Positions 1 through 21,753 are shown, counted from the first letter of the stretch. The stretch: DNA of 64,000 bases from Amoebidium appalachense (GCA_963693365.1 CAVNZM010000001.1:5472907-5536906), one strand, 5' to 3'. Made by a program: numbers and translations. Notes: generated by a model from the letters alone, not told the origin.

Positions 1-181
1 GTGTGCGCGCGTGTGTGTTTCTGTGTGCACCTCGCTCTCTGTGTATGTAATACTATTGAGTGTGTGTGCGTGGGTGCTTGCGCATGCACCACACAATGCC
101 TCTGTGTATGTGTGTGTGCTCGTGTGTCAACGCACACAGGAGAATGGTGCGCCGCATACGTGCCGTTTGTTGAGAGATGTG

Positions 182-314
182 TTAGGGCCTACCATGGCGT
201 GCCAGTGTGTAGTATGCGATGATGCATGTGCTAGAGTGTGTCCGTGTGTGAGTGTACACATAAGTGTGGGAGAATAGAAAGGGGGGAGGGAATGGGGTTG
301 GGAGAGACGGCCCC

Positions 315-355
<41 letters not shown>

Positions 356-1531
356 CTACCACAGCCACATGCCATACACACCACCTGCAAACCAAAACCC
401 AGCCACAAGCCAACGTCCAGTCGAGTCGTCCATGGGTGAACCCATAATCCTCCAAACGATGATGGGCACCGCGGAACACAACGAGATCACAACATGGGCC
501 GGAAGGGGCTGATTGAAAGTGGCCCGAATTCTTCTTTTTAACCTATGGCTAAATACATACGATAGGATGCGCTGCCGTTGTATGAAAGCCCCCACGAAAA
601 AACATGCAAATAGGAGGCTAAGGCATACGAAAGCACATATGATGTCACGCATACGCTCCAGGCTACCACGCACCTCCGTTGCATCTGAAGGTGTAAGAAC
701 GTCCGGAATTTGGACCAGTTTCAAGCACACACCCGCGCTCGGAATGGTGTTTGACGCCTGGAACAGTAACCCCGAGGCGTATGCTTGAACAAGGAATGGC
801 CAGCCCCTGCTCTTTACTGCATGCTGTGTTCTGTGTCTGTACGCTAATACCGCCGTAAACAGAACCACCGCCATGTTTACCGCTGTCGCTGTGCATTGAT
901 AAACGAAAACCGTGTCACCTATAGCCCTCGCCTTTTTCCATTCTGTCATAAAAACATCCGCTGAGTTTTTTATCTTAAAAAGTGTAGCCAATTTCTCCTT
1001 GGCAGGTGTCTCTGGTGCTGTGAGGGCGTGGTAGAACTGTTCCAACTCCCCAGCCGACGGAATTATCATCGACATTGGGGAGGAGCGTGATACCTTCAAG
1101 CAGGCAATAATTAACCCTGTCTCCGCCGTAAACAGAACGATCAAAATGAGAAAAAATGCAAGCCACGTAATTCTTACGTATCGCGCGTTTAGAAAGCTTT
1201 TCTCTAGACTCTCCCCATCGTTTGTTGTATTACTCCCTCGTCGCTGAAGCTGTGCTTCTCCACGTGGATAGCAGGATATTTCAGATGTTATACTTGGAGA
1301 ATGGATGGACGAGGGTATTTCAGACGTTATGCTGGTTGAGGCCATGGATGAATGTTTCACTGAGCCTTGGTGTATCACTCGCACTGTAGGGCCAGGACGT
1401 TGGGTAATACCCGAGGCTGCTTCTAACGGCACTTTTTGGAGTGCTGGCTCTTTACGGCTGGGCCCGGCTACAAAAGGTGACTCTAAAGTTGTCGGCGTAC
1501 CACCGTCATTTTCGAGCAGGCGCCTTTCCAT
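182..1531 (-). CDS. Orphan multi-pass membrane protein (~6 predicted TM segments), probably 2 exons (1531-360, 230-182)
   Basis: Long non-repetitive ORF with several hydrophobic stretches (ITWLAFFLILIVLF, AVNMAVVLFTAVLAY, IICAFVCLSLLFACFFVGAFI, VVISLCSAVPIIVW, WLVAGFWFAGGVYGMWL). Donor TG|gtaggt at 360/359 and acceptor ctag|C at 231/230 add CTCIIAYYTLARHGRP*. No family recognised. Confidence 0.7.
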
Positions 1532-1925
1532 GGCGTAATGTTCGGTGGGGGCCTTCAGGGCCCTCTCGTCTGGCTCACCTACTTGACTAACCTACATAGC
1601 ACTGAAACACATGTGCTGATGATTAGGCGAGAAAGAACCAGGAAGCTATGAGGTTCCGCCTTGACTGAACGATGCAAACCTTTTCTGGTGTCAAGGAACT
1701 TTCGAACATTTTGGATCAACAGAACATGTCAGGTTTATCCAAGAATGCACGCTGGAATCTGCGATACATGCCTATCTGTACAAGTAGGTCTGTGCGCCGG
1801 CTGTCGCCGGCGCCAAAACATAACGAGACAGTTATTGATGTTGGGTTGTGTGGTTGTTACCTCCCCTCCCCCTCCCCCCCCCCCCGGCCCCCTCCCCCCC
1901 CTCCCTGGCCCCCCCGCCTCACGCT

Positions 1926-1980
<55 letters not shown>

Positions 1981-2567
1981 TGGCCTTTTTTTTTTGCGTA
2001 CGGGTAGAAATAAATGCGTCTTGCTGCTACACGTAACTTGGCGTTGTAACTGTAAAGTGCTATCCGTGGCACTAACAGTTCATGTTGGTGAATCTGACGG
2101 ACACAACAATACTCCGGGTAGAAACGCCGGCCACAAATAACCCAAAATAAAAGTGTGGTAGCAAATAGACGACTTCTAGGTAATTCCTTTCATTGTGTTC
2201 AACGTCTATGTGTGTGTGTGTGTGTACATGTGTTTATGTTTGTGTGTGTGAATGTGTGTGTGTGGGCCAAGTGAAGGTTGTATGCGTTTTTGTCTTCTTT
2301 GTTGTTTTTGTATTCTATTCGATCATTATTTGTGTGTACATGTGGAAAAAAACAAATAAATTTTTTTTACCAATGACCACCGCCCAGCTTGAATCACCCT
2401 GCTCTCCAGTGTAATTATAAAAAAATAATCATTATCAGCCACAAACCCTTCTAGCACACTCGCCCTCAATGTCATATTCACATTACTGAGTTGATTTAGT
2501 TGTGTTTTTTACTCTATTTTTTTTCAACAACTGTCTGCCTATAGCTATTAAAACATTAAAATGTACA

Positions 2568-2602
<35 letters not shown>

Positions 2603-2615
2603 CACGGCCGGTGTG

Positions 2616-2682
<67 letters not shown>

Positions 2683-2801
2683 ATATAGAATTTACCGTCC
2701 TCATCCCCGTGTCCCCCTAAACTGGTGTTAGCAGAACTTTGAGGTTTTTGTGATTGGATTGGTAGTTCTATTACTGTATCAAAAATTTCAAAATGTCGTT
2801 G

Positions 2802-2804
<3 letters not shown>

Positions 2805-2852
<48 letters not shown>

Positions 2853-3050
2853 CTAGCTACTAGTGAACATCTAGAGAGAGAGGGGGAGGGGGGGAGGAGG
2901 AAGAGCTAGGGTGAGAGAGAGGGGGGGATCTAGAGAGGAGAGGAAGAGAGAGAGAGACTCCTGGCGAGGGAGCTTGAGGCTCTGATCATGAGAGAGAGAT
3001 ATATATATATTATCATGAATGTTCAATAGCCTAAGAGAGAGCCCGCGGGG
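2805..3050. repeat. (GA)n microsatellite and degenerate GA-rich repeat
   Basis: Perfect (AG)n at about 2805-2850, followed by interrupted ctagagag/gagagag units. Confidence 0.7.
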
Positions 3051-4439
3051 GAGACTATGGAGTATAATTTGATAGACACTGTCAGCTAACAGTTTACTAT
3101 GTATGCCAGTGCGAGAATGGCCAAGGTTGAAGGCCTCGAGATTTATTTAAAAGAGAGAAAGGGTGTTCTGCAGCTATCTATACATTATGATACATGTTGT
3201 GTTTCATTCGCGTATGTGTGCTCTGTCAGTAAGGTACATGTTCCCGTGAGCCTCTGCCTGGCGTGGTGCCATGTGCACACGTGTGTGATAACGAACAAAG
3301 TGTATGTGCCAATGTACATGCGCACCGGGGATCATATATTGAAAATTAGTCAGAGCCATTATATTCGGAAGGCTTTTCGTGGTATCGAATACACAGCAAA
3401 GCACGTATAATCAGGCTAACTCACGCTCAACAACATAAGATATCCGTGATAAAAAAACACCGGTAGATGTTCATGAAATAACACCACCAGGGTGCAAAGT
3501 GGATGAAACGCAAAAAGATAATGGGGCGTTTACGACCGGTGTCATACTTGTGTCACACACAACTAATCAACAGTTACCACTGTAGTATATCTACCACCAT
3601 CTCCCCAGCACCGCCACATGCATGTTTCATAGTGTTTCAAATAAAAAGTAGAAAGGAGAGAAAGAAACACAACCAACTGTTACACCAACCGCACAGATAA
3701 TACATTATACCTTTCGTCGTAATGCCCTTTCAATATTCACAATTCGTTACTTTCAGAACCCTCTTCACCCTATGAAAGCCCTCAAAACCATACCAAAATC
3801 GGTCGCAGCGAGTCGGACTTGTGTTGCTGTTGCTGCATCACTTTTCGAGTAATCTGCCAAGCACTAATGTTGGCTTTACGGTAGCTGACAGGTAGAAGGG
3901 CCACGGAACACGTGTCGACTCTTCCTGAAAGAGAAAAGGCATAAGAGTATGTAAGTCAGGGAATGGGAACTGTGTGTTTGTGTGTGTGTGTGTGTTTGTG
4001 TGTGTGTCACTGTGTGTGTGTGTGTGTGCAAGCATGCCTTTCTTTTTCTTTCCTTTTCTTTTTGTTGGTGGAGAGGGAGAGGGAGGAGGAGGGAAAGGGA
4101 AGGAAAGGGGAGGGAGGGGAGAGAGAGCGCAGGCTTGCCATCAATCAAAACATGTCCTTTGTCAACACAAACTGTGGCAAGTACAATGCACAAGACCCTT
4201 GAAAGTAGGAGGCTGCATCATGAGAGCTGCAAAGACCAGCAAGATAAATGTGACAGGGCACGCTTGTGTCTGTGTGTGCACTTGTGTGATTGCAGTGCTG
4301 AGTGGTTGGCGACGTCGGTGGTAAGTGGTTGGAGGAGCCAAGTAACTCGTTAACATTCCACACACCCACAAAAACAACAAGGAAAAGCACACGCATTTAC
4401 ACACGCTACCCAAACCTATACATACAAACCACGACCCCC

Positions 4440-4482
<43 letters not shown>

Positions 4483-4591
4483 ACCCACCCCCGCACACGC
4501 GCAAACACGCTACCCCACCACCACCCAAAGCGAGTCATGCACACAGCCTTTTTCATAAACACATCACAGCACCTACCATGTTTAAGTATTG

Positions 4592-7500
4592 TTACTTGCT
4601 GCTGTCGCTGATCTGCCCATCTTCAGATCCCGCCCTTGGAGAGTTTTTGGTCCTGTGATTGGGCAAAATGCATATTATTAGGCATCATCATGCTACGGGT
4701 CCTGGATAAGAACTATAACCACCATCAAGACACGAAATGTCAATCACATTCATCCCATTCTCCATGTTCACTGTTCACCCCCCCCCCCATATCTTTTTAT
4801 CTTCCATCCTTTTCCTTTTTCGGGGGCAAGAGGGAGGAGGAGAAGGGGGGGACGGGGGGGGGGGGTTTTGAATGCGTCAAAAAGTACGAAGTACACAAGA
4901 ACAAACGGATAACACGATGCAGAATGCAAGCCATACATAAAGAGTATGCATAATAAGCAGAGCCCATCCTCAGGGGGGGCCCACGTCATCCACAGTACCC
5001 GAGTTTCGACCTATTCCCCTCGTTAACGAAACCCAACTCAGATACTGTTTCACTTGAACATGAGTAGGTCACCGGGGGTTGTATGAATCTCTATATGAGA
5101 AGTACTTAGGCCAGACGTATTAAACATGAAGGGGCCCTACCATCAAGACGACACAAACCAGACCACAACAGAAAACGTGCACATGTGCCCCCAGAAAGAA
5201 GGGAGGGAGAGGGGAGGGGAAGAGGGGGGGGAGGGGGGTTTGAATGCGTCATAAAGTACGAAGTACACAAGAACAAACGGATAACACGATGCAGAATGCA
5301 AGCCATACATAAAGAGTATGCATGGGGGGACAAAGCATCTAGCATGTAGCTAGTAGGCATATGTGGGGACATGCCGACCAGTCAGGACATAAGTATTCTG
5401 AGTCCAAAAAAAAAAAAAAAAAAAAAAAAAAAGTCAACCATGTTGCACACGTGTGGGTGCCGTCAATCTTCCAACCGAGAGCCACTCACCGCTCTTCCTT
5501 TGGAGGGGCAGACCTTGACCGGCTCCTTGCACGACTCCCCTCTCTCTGCTTCTCGTCCTTTCCATTCTCCCTCTCCTCCCCCCTGCCATTCTCTTTCCCT
5601 GTACTTCCCTCCCTACGTCTCTCTCTACTGTCAGGTGACCTCTCCCTCCTCTTCTCCTCTCTGTCTCTATCCTTGTCCCTGCCTCTGTCTTTATCGCGCT
5701 CCCTTTCCCTCTCCCTATCTCTGTCACGATCCCGATCCCGATCCCGTCCATTATCGCGATCTTTCTCCCTTTCTCTTTCTCTATCACGGTCCGATCGGTC
5801 GCGGTCCCGATCCCTGTCTCTGCCTCGATCTCGGCCCCTTTCCCTCTCTCTGTCTCTATCTCTATCCCTGTCTCTTTCCCTCTCCCGTTCACGCTCCCGA
5901 TCGCGGTCACGATCACGGTCACGGTCGCGATCACGGTCCCGGTCCCGATCCCGGTCTCTATCCCGGCCCCGGTCGCGATCTCTTTCTCGATCCCGATCCC
6001 GATCCCGATCCCGATCCCGATCTCTGTCTCTGTCTCTGTCACGATCGCGATCGCGGTCACGGTCACGGTCACGGTCACGATCCCTGTCCCCGTCCCTGTC
6101 ACGGCTGCGGCCCCGGTCGTGGCTGGTAGAGCGGCGATCATCACGAGGTTCAGCCAGCCGACTCCTGCATAAGCAAAGCACGGATCAGTGCCAGAAAATT
6201 AAAAATTTAGAGCATTCGTAATCATGCTCTCTAACCAAATCCAAGCACCCGTTACACCTAAAGCTTTGTTTCATCAGATCTCACTGGGTTAGGAGTAAAA
6301 TAATGAGCCATCAGCTCTCGTAAAGTGAGGGGTTATCCTATTGTCTGCTATCTGCTGAACAGAGAGAAGGGACGGGCAGGTAAAAATACGACAAGAGAGG
6401 GAAGGGGAAAAAACAGAAGAAAGCAAGAGGGAAAAAAAAAGAGGGGGGGGGGGGGGGGTAACACCTGCTTCGCTCTCGGCTGCCACCCCTTGCACTCACT
6501 AACAAGCTGTCAAACTCGGGGGTGCGAGGGCGTGATGACGACCTGTTAACACACACATTGTGGTAAGCTCAAAGGCACAAGGAAGGATGTCAAAACATCC
6601 GAGGGCGACGGGTGGGACAGTGTAAAAATCGGAATTCGGGGTCAGGGTCTGGATTCCAAGAGGTGCAAGCACAAAGGCATAGATAAAACATAAACCGGAA
6701 AGCAGGAAAGGAGCAGGAACCACGTACGAGTAGAGGGAGAAGGGGGAATGAAGAAGGTGGTATGGATGGCGGGGGGGGGGGGGGGGGGGGGGAGGGGGGC
6801 TGGAGATGTTGGTGTGCCTGCAAGTGCAGGTGTGTGGGTTCGTGTTCGTGTGTGTGTGTATGTTTGTATCGAAACGGGGGGGGGGGGGGGGGGGGGTTTG
6901 AATGCGGAACACGGTACAAAGTACGCATACACGACGAGAAGCATGGTGCAGGACACATGCAAAGGCAAACATTCAAGTATGCAACATCAGCCATGTGCAC
7001 AGTATGCGTCATAAGCAGAGCCCATCCTCAGGGAGGACCCAAGTCATCAATTGCGTCTGAGTTTCGACCCCTTAGCCCGCGTATATACGACACTCCAACT
7101 CAGACAGCAGCATCAACTGAGCTTGGGCGGGTCAACCCGTCTTGATCAAAGACGAGCAGGGTTGCTTATGCAAGCAAGGTGAGCAAAACGGTGAAGATGT
7201 GTGTGCAAACTAATGCAGTGGGGGGGGGGGGGGGATGTTGATATAGGACAACACAGAGAGTGAATGTGGTTGCCTTCAGGGCAGCCATTACTGAATATCC
7301 GTTCAACTTGATACCGGAGGTGAGGCGGTTGTGGGGGGGGGCAGGGAGGGCATGACGGAAACTCGTTCTATCTACATTACATGGCAATGCATTCCCTACA
7401 CACACTTAGCTACCCTCCCGTTGTCCCTGCAATACACTCCGATTGACAAAAACAACAGCCACAAACAGAGTGCCACAGAAAAGCAGGGAGACAATCACCC

Positions 7501-10209
7501 TTAGGCGGAAGAGTAGGTCCATGCTTGCACCATGGGGTGACCGCCATGCCACAGCCTTTCGGGTCTGCGTCTCACACACCGGATATGAAGGCGTCTTGCT
7601 GTGAATATGCCACCACACCCCACCCCTGCAGTGGCAGGCACACAAACATGCACACATTCGCTTACATAAACCCACACACACCTAAACACATGCCCTCTTC
7701 GTGGTGAACGGGATTACCCAGACATCGACATATCCACAAAAACACAACTTCGTCCTTCCATATTGGGGCTAACAGAAACGAACCCGCTTCCCACCTTCCC
7801 TGAAATTTCTTTTCTTAGAAGGGAAAAAAACACCACACGAAACCTCTTCCAGTCATTACCTTGCACGGACGTCCCTTACATCATCAACGTCCATCGCATC
7901 TCCGCCCCCACCCTCCGCCCTGTTTGCTTCGTCAATTTCCGCAAGTTTGGCTCTGATTTCACGCTCAACAGGCACAGGGATGCGGGGGAGCATGGTGGTG
8001 AAGTATTTCTGCTCGGTGAGGAGTTGCCTCACATACTTGCCGATAGTTCTGCACAAGATGGTTTGTCAGCCATATATTATGCATTATTCTACAGTGGTTG
8101 GGCTGATGTGTGGTTCCACATTGAAAAGTGCCTGCACACACACACACACGAGACACCCATTTATTGCACGCCAACCAAGAGGGGGAGAGCAAGGGGAAGA
8201 AGACCAAGAAAGGTGGTGGTGGTGGTGGTAGTCTGCATGCTTTTATAGAGGGGGAAGGACGGAGAGGGGGTTTAAAAATTTGTTATAGAGTACGAATTCA
8301 ATACACCACGGACAACACAATGCAGGGTGGAAACCACACAAAGTGTATGCATAATAAGCAGAGCCCATACTCAGGGGGGGGGGGGGGGGGGGGGGGGGAG
8401 GGGGGAGGGGGAGGGGGCACAAGACAAGCTTTGGATCATGCATGAAAGAGGGAGAGGAGGCCCTAGTGCACACAATACCAAATAGCATTCACCCCATAAC
8501 ATAGCAGTCACTGGGGGTGGTGGTGGTGGGTGGGTGGGGGGAGGAGACCAGGGGAAGTATCATAAGAAGCATTTCTACCCTTGCCAAACAAACAGAACAA
8601 CAAACCCTACATGTCCAGACACTACAAAAAGCAATGAGAGAATCAGGAACACAAAAGAACCACACACACACGACAACCTAAATAATGGCACACAACCATC
8701 ACTGTCACACATACACACAAGCACCACTTACGTCTCAGGTGAATTCTTAGCCCAGCCAATCTTAATCTCATCCGGGTCGTCCACATAGTCGCCCACCCAG
8801 TCCCACAGTTGCTTGGGGGGGCAGCAGTAGCGCAGATACAAGAACCCCAGCCCACGGATGTATCTGCATATGCACTCAGTCAGTATTCCAGCCACACAAA
8901 TCTCTCAAAAACAAAAAAAAATGCTGGAACAGGTGGTTGTAAAATAATGCATGTATCAGGTACCAAAGAAAACGAGACCGCCGGGAAACAGGTGAAGCAA
9001 GAGAACCCGTCAAAGAGCCAACGACAGCCATGGGACACCACCACGAGTGCCTGTGTGTAGGGGCCGGGGGGGAGGGGGGGGGGGGGGGGGGTTTGAATGC
9101 GGAACACAGTACGAAGTACGCATACACGATGAGAAGCATGGTGCAGGACACATGCAAAGGCAAACATTCAAGTATGCAGCATCAGCCATGCGCACAGTAT
9201 GCGTCATAAGCAGAGCCCATCCTCAGGGAGGGCCCAAGTCATCAATTGCGTCTGAGTTTCGACCCGGGGAGGGGGGACTCTTGTACTAGGGGGAAGTAAA
9301 TTCTACAAATAAAGTTAACTGCTCTATCTTTACAATGAGAAATCGCAAAGGGGCTAGGTCCAACAAAGGAACGAGGGGAACTGGGGAAGGGGCGGGGGGG
9401 GGGGGGGGTTTTGAATGCGTCAAAAAGTACGAAGTACACAAGAACAAACGGATAACACGATGCAGAATGCAAGCCATACATAAAGAGTATGCATAATAAG
9501 CAGAGCCCATCCTCAGGGGGGGCCCACGTCATCCACAGTACCCGAGTTTCGACCTATTCCCCTCGTTAACGAAACCCAACTCAGATACTGTTTCACTTGA
9601 ACATGAGTAGGTCACCCGTCTTGATCAGAGACGAGCAGGGTTGCTTATGCAGGCAAGGGCAGTGGGAAAGGCCGGGGGTTAAAGTTGCAGCAGTAAGCAG
9701 AAGCAAGAAAAATATAGATAGGAACTCAGGAGACGGGGCTTCTAGGAAGCTCCCCCGTCGATACCTAAGTCGATACTTCCCTGGCTAACATACTACACCA
9801 GCTGAAAAGAATTAAGTCCCGAAGGCCACAGAATTCGTAATCAGAGGGGAAAATATGAGATTTGACCCACGCCGCAGGGTAGTAACACGCTTACTAGGGC
9901 GGAACTTTATCGTCTTCGAACGGAAAGCTATGCCCCCGGATGTCAGCCGGAAATATGGTATCACCCATTGCTTTGGGCTTGAAAAAAGCCAAACCGATAG
10001 TCCGAGTTATGTTACGCCGGCGGGTAACATGCCGCATGGGTTCCAAGGGAGCTGTCGCCAACAGAGCGGTGTGTGCATGCGTGCGCGTAACGCAATGTGT
10101 GAAGTGTGTCTATAGCTATGAAAGGGGGTATGCAGAAGTGGACAGATGAAGTGTGTGGAGAGAAAAACAGTAAGAAGAAAAGTAGACACCGGTATGTGCA
10201 ACCCCGCAC

Positions 10210-10245
<36 letters not shown>

Positions 10246-10313
10246 AATAAGCGAAGATTACAGGTAATCAACCAGAACAACAAATGACAAGCAAAACAAC
10301 GGGGGGGGGGGGG

Positions 10314-10348
<35 letters not shown>

Positions 10349-11738
10349 GGGGGGGGAGGCGGGATCTATTATCCGCACACCAGATGCACGATTGATGAAC
10401 ACGGAGCAACCAAATCTGATAAGTGGTCACAGTTTGCAGAATGCACACATTAGGGTGCCACTTGAGTAGAGCCCTCCCAAAGGAGAAAAGGGAGAAGGCC
10501 TCGGAGGGGGGGGGGGGGGGGGGGGGGGGCAGAGGTGGTGGTGAGGGGGGGGGGGGGGGGGGGGGGGGGGTAAGAGCGGACATGCAAACTAACTCTGTTC
10601 TTGCCTGACGACCCCCCTCAGTCTACTGCAATGGGAGACTTACGGGGAATCCTTGTGGTTGAGCAAGCCGTGCATCTGCTTTTCAGTCACCTTCATAGTA
10701 AACAGTTTGTAGAGGAGGCAGAAAGCAGATGACACGGCCGTCCCTTGTCCAGGCATGAAGGGCTCTGCAAAAGGACGTGACTGTCAGCCATTGGGAGTTG
10801 GGTAGAGCCAAAAGCATAGTCATCCTTCTAGTCTCTCAGAGCCGTATTAATCGGAAGAGCCATACAAACCCGTTGTCTTGAGTGAAGGTATGAGCGTGCC
10901 AAAAAAAGCTGGCTCTGCTTCGTATTAAAAAGCATAGCACGAGGCAGGAGACCGATGGGCACGATAAGCACAGAAAACAACACACAGCAAGACAACGGGA
11001 GGGATCGAGGAGAGGGGAGTGAGGGTAAGAAGGATGGGATGGTGTTGCGCCGGGGAAGGGGGGGAGGGGGGGAGACGAGGGAGAGAGAGGACGAGGAAGG
11101 GCGAGGGGAGGGGGGAGGGGGGAAGGGAGGGGAGGGGAGGGGGAGGGCCGGGAGGCAAGCCACATACCCAAGTCTGTGACGCTGTTGTAAATCTCATCGA
11201 CCACTTCGTGGTAGGTCTTGAGCTCGCTGCAGGAACATTTAAGTCAGCATTACTGAACCAAATGCTACGACAAAACTGCACTTCAACTTAAAAGGGCAAT
11301 CGGAAGTGGTACTTCCCCCGCCCTTTCCTAGCTGTCCAGTGTTTTGGTATGTCCATTCTGCCAACACGTCCCGTGCCACCACCGTACACTAAAGCATCCT
11401 GGTCAGCTTTGCTTCTTTCCCTACCTCAAGCCACTTCATCGCTCGTTCCCCCTTTCCCTACATTATCTACTCCCAAACGCACAAAAATGACATAAAACGG
11501 GGGTTTAAGGGGCCCCTTAAGATCAACCAGAAAATCAGGAGCAAGCGATTCGTAAAATGTTCCAAAAGAGGCAGAGCACTGTAGCTAGAGTACAATAGGG
11601 GAGCACGGGTGTAGGGGATTCTTACAAAAGGTCCTCCTTGAAATAGCGTGAGGCCAGGATGTTCTGGTAGACTATCTCGTTGAGATTCATCGTGGTCTGG
11701 TTGCCCCAGGTCTCGATGGACCCCTTTTTGGGCGCCAT
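4592..11738 (-). CDS. PRPF38B: Pre-mRNA splicing factor 38B (PRP38 domain plus long RD/RE/RS tail), 8 exons: 11738-11626, 11226-11168, 10764-10644, 8863-8732, 8048-7860, 6542-6504, 6164-5490, 4652-4592
   Basis: Spliced translation WGNQTTMNLN..ILASRYFK..ELKTYHEVVDEIY..EP..SSAFCLLYKLFTMK..LLNHKDSPYIRGLGFLYLRY..LWDW..TIGKYVRQLLTEQKYFTTMLPRIPVPV matches recalled PRPF38B motifs. All junctions are GT-AG and phase-consistent. The last exon is less certain. Confidence 0.93.
4866..5073 (-). mobile_element. Poly(C)-anchored SINE-like element, subfamily A copy
   Basis: Near-identical to 9409-9616 and 45890-46044, and to the reverse complement of 27347-27535. G-runs on both sides. Confidence 0.85.
5239..5323 (-). 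mobile_element. Poly(C)-anchored element, subfamily A, short truncated copy
   Basis: tttgaatgcgtcataaagtacgaag...aaagagtatgcat, flanked by G-runs on both sides. Confidence 0.85.
6897..7219 (-). mobile_element. Poly(C)-anchored element, subfamily B, longest B copy
   Basis: tttgaatgcggaacac...ataagcagagcccatcctcaggg...gagtttcgacc...ccaactcaga...acccgtcttgatca..gacgagcagggttgcttatgc. Similarity to A ends near 7179; next G-run starts at 7220, so the exact end is uncertain. Confidence 0.8.
8271..8373 (-). mobile_element. Poly(C)-anchored element, diverged A-like copy
   Basis: agtacgaa..acggacaacacaatgcag..tatgcataataagcagagcccatactca aligns to subfamily A; flanked by G-runs. Confidence 0.7.
9092..9265 (-). 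mobile_element. Poly(C)-anchored element, subfamily B copy
   Basis: Nearly identical to 6897-7070 and to the reverse complement of 16748-16901; G-runs on both sides. Confidence 0.85.
9409..9674 (-). mobile_element. Poly(C)-anchored element, subfamily A, longest A copy
   Basis: Matches 4866-5073, then continues with the cccgtcttgatcagagacgagcagggttgcttatgc block shared with B copy 6897. The far boundary is uncertain. Confidence 0.85.
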
Positions 11739-12554
11739 TTTGACGACCCCACCCACTTACGTGACCCTCTATAGCCCTAACACCCTCTATAGTAATCTTT
11801 GAACAGAGAGGTGAGGAAACATGACGTTTAGAGAAGTTAGTAATACTCTCGAGAGTTGTTGCCTTGATCAGCCCCTCCCCTCACTAAGCTCAGCTGAGGC
11901 CAGTGCGAAACTTTGTTCTGACTTGTCCGGGTATGTGACGTCAAATTTGGTCTTCTTTCTTCCCCTTTGCATAAACAATTTATGCCTAAGATAAACACAG
12001 TAGACTAATGTATTTGGCTGACTTCTTTTCGAGTCGGGCTTTTTGGTCACCAATCGATCCGAAAGCCGCCCTGACCCGTCGGGTCGGACTGTGGCTCTTC
12101 CAGTGATGACTCAGCACAGCCAAAAAAGCACAAAACTTTTTTCATAGTCCAGGGAACATGATGTTTTAGGTTTGCGATCCATAGCATGCTGTGTATTGAT
12201 GATTTCTGGTTAGTAGGCTAGTTTGCTGACTGGGAGAGTGGTTTGTTTGTGCTAGCACCACGCTTTGTCATTTTTTATAGACTCGACTGTACGTTTTGTC
12301 ACGTCACATCTGGCACATATCTAGGAGAAGTAGCACGAATCTGGCTCTCAGCTCTTGTCCATGTAGGTCGCATTGTCCACGGAGGAGTTGCTTTTGTTCA
12401 GCAAGTTACACTGAGCTCATTAGACACAACTTGGACATTTGAACGGCATTCAACATTTTCTGCGTTTTTTCTTGCAAGAGGTCATCAATAGCTCCACCAG
12501 TACCCGGTTTCGAAGTCCCCAGTTGGGACTTTGCTTCTCATCAATACCCCAAAA
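11739..12554. promoter_or_regulatory. Putative bidirectional promoter/5'UTR region between divergent PRPF38B and VPS37
   Basis: Head-to-head start codons about 820 bp apart; the interval lacks microsatellites, unlike the surrounding introns. Confidence 0.5.
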
Positions 12555-21088
<8,534 letters not shown>

Positions 21089-21248
21089 GTGGTGTACGTC
21101 TGGCACTTGCGCATGCTATATAACACATGTGTTAGCAAATCACAATTGAAGTAGCGCAGTCAAAGGAATGATCTTTATACGGTTGCTACACACACGCGTC
21201 CATACACCTAAATTTTGCATGCATACATGTGTGTGCGCACACACAGAG

Positions 21249-21279
<31 letters not shown>

Positions 21280-21753
21280 GAGAGGGGGGGGGAGAGAGAG
21301 AGAGGGAGACAAAATTTTTAGCCTGAGAAATGGATGGAAAGGTAAGAACAAGAAACAGCAAAAATAAATGCAGTACCACACACATTAGCACTGACATGGA
21401 TATAGACACAGGTTCAAAAACAAAAAGCACAACCCTACGAAGATGGCAAATAACAGGGGTGTTGTGTTTTCTTCGTAACCTTGTATTTCTAGTGAATCGT
21501 AGATCTCGTGAGGTGTTTGCTTACAGAACTTGAACCTCACTTGAACCTCATGATGTTGCCCTTTTTTTTATGCACTACCATGTTGTCAATAGAAGTTGTA
21601 CATACATACATACGTGGTGTGGGGCCATAACAGTGGATTAAAATAAATTTATCTATATTTTGTGTATGGGTGTTCTTGCAACAATGTCAGTTCATGCTTT
21701 TTTTTTTTTTTTTTCCTCGAAGCGAAAAGTGCTTTCAACCGGCGCTAAGCTGC

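Noticed and set aside
7100-7175. tRNA-, 5S- or 7SL-derived SINE head (agctcagttg, ctcgtct..gatc, ggtcgaaac)
   Set aside because: Only short scattered word matches; no cloverleaf, and the A-box-like word is not conserved in subfamily A.
7497-7625. Cassette exon in PRPF38B
   Set aside because: It has AG/GT borders, but the phases are asymmetric and would frameshift the RD exon.
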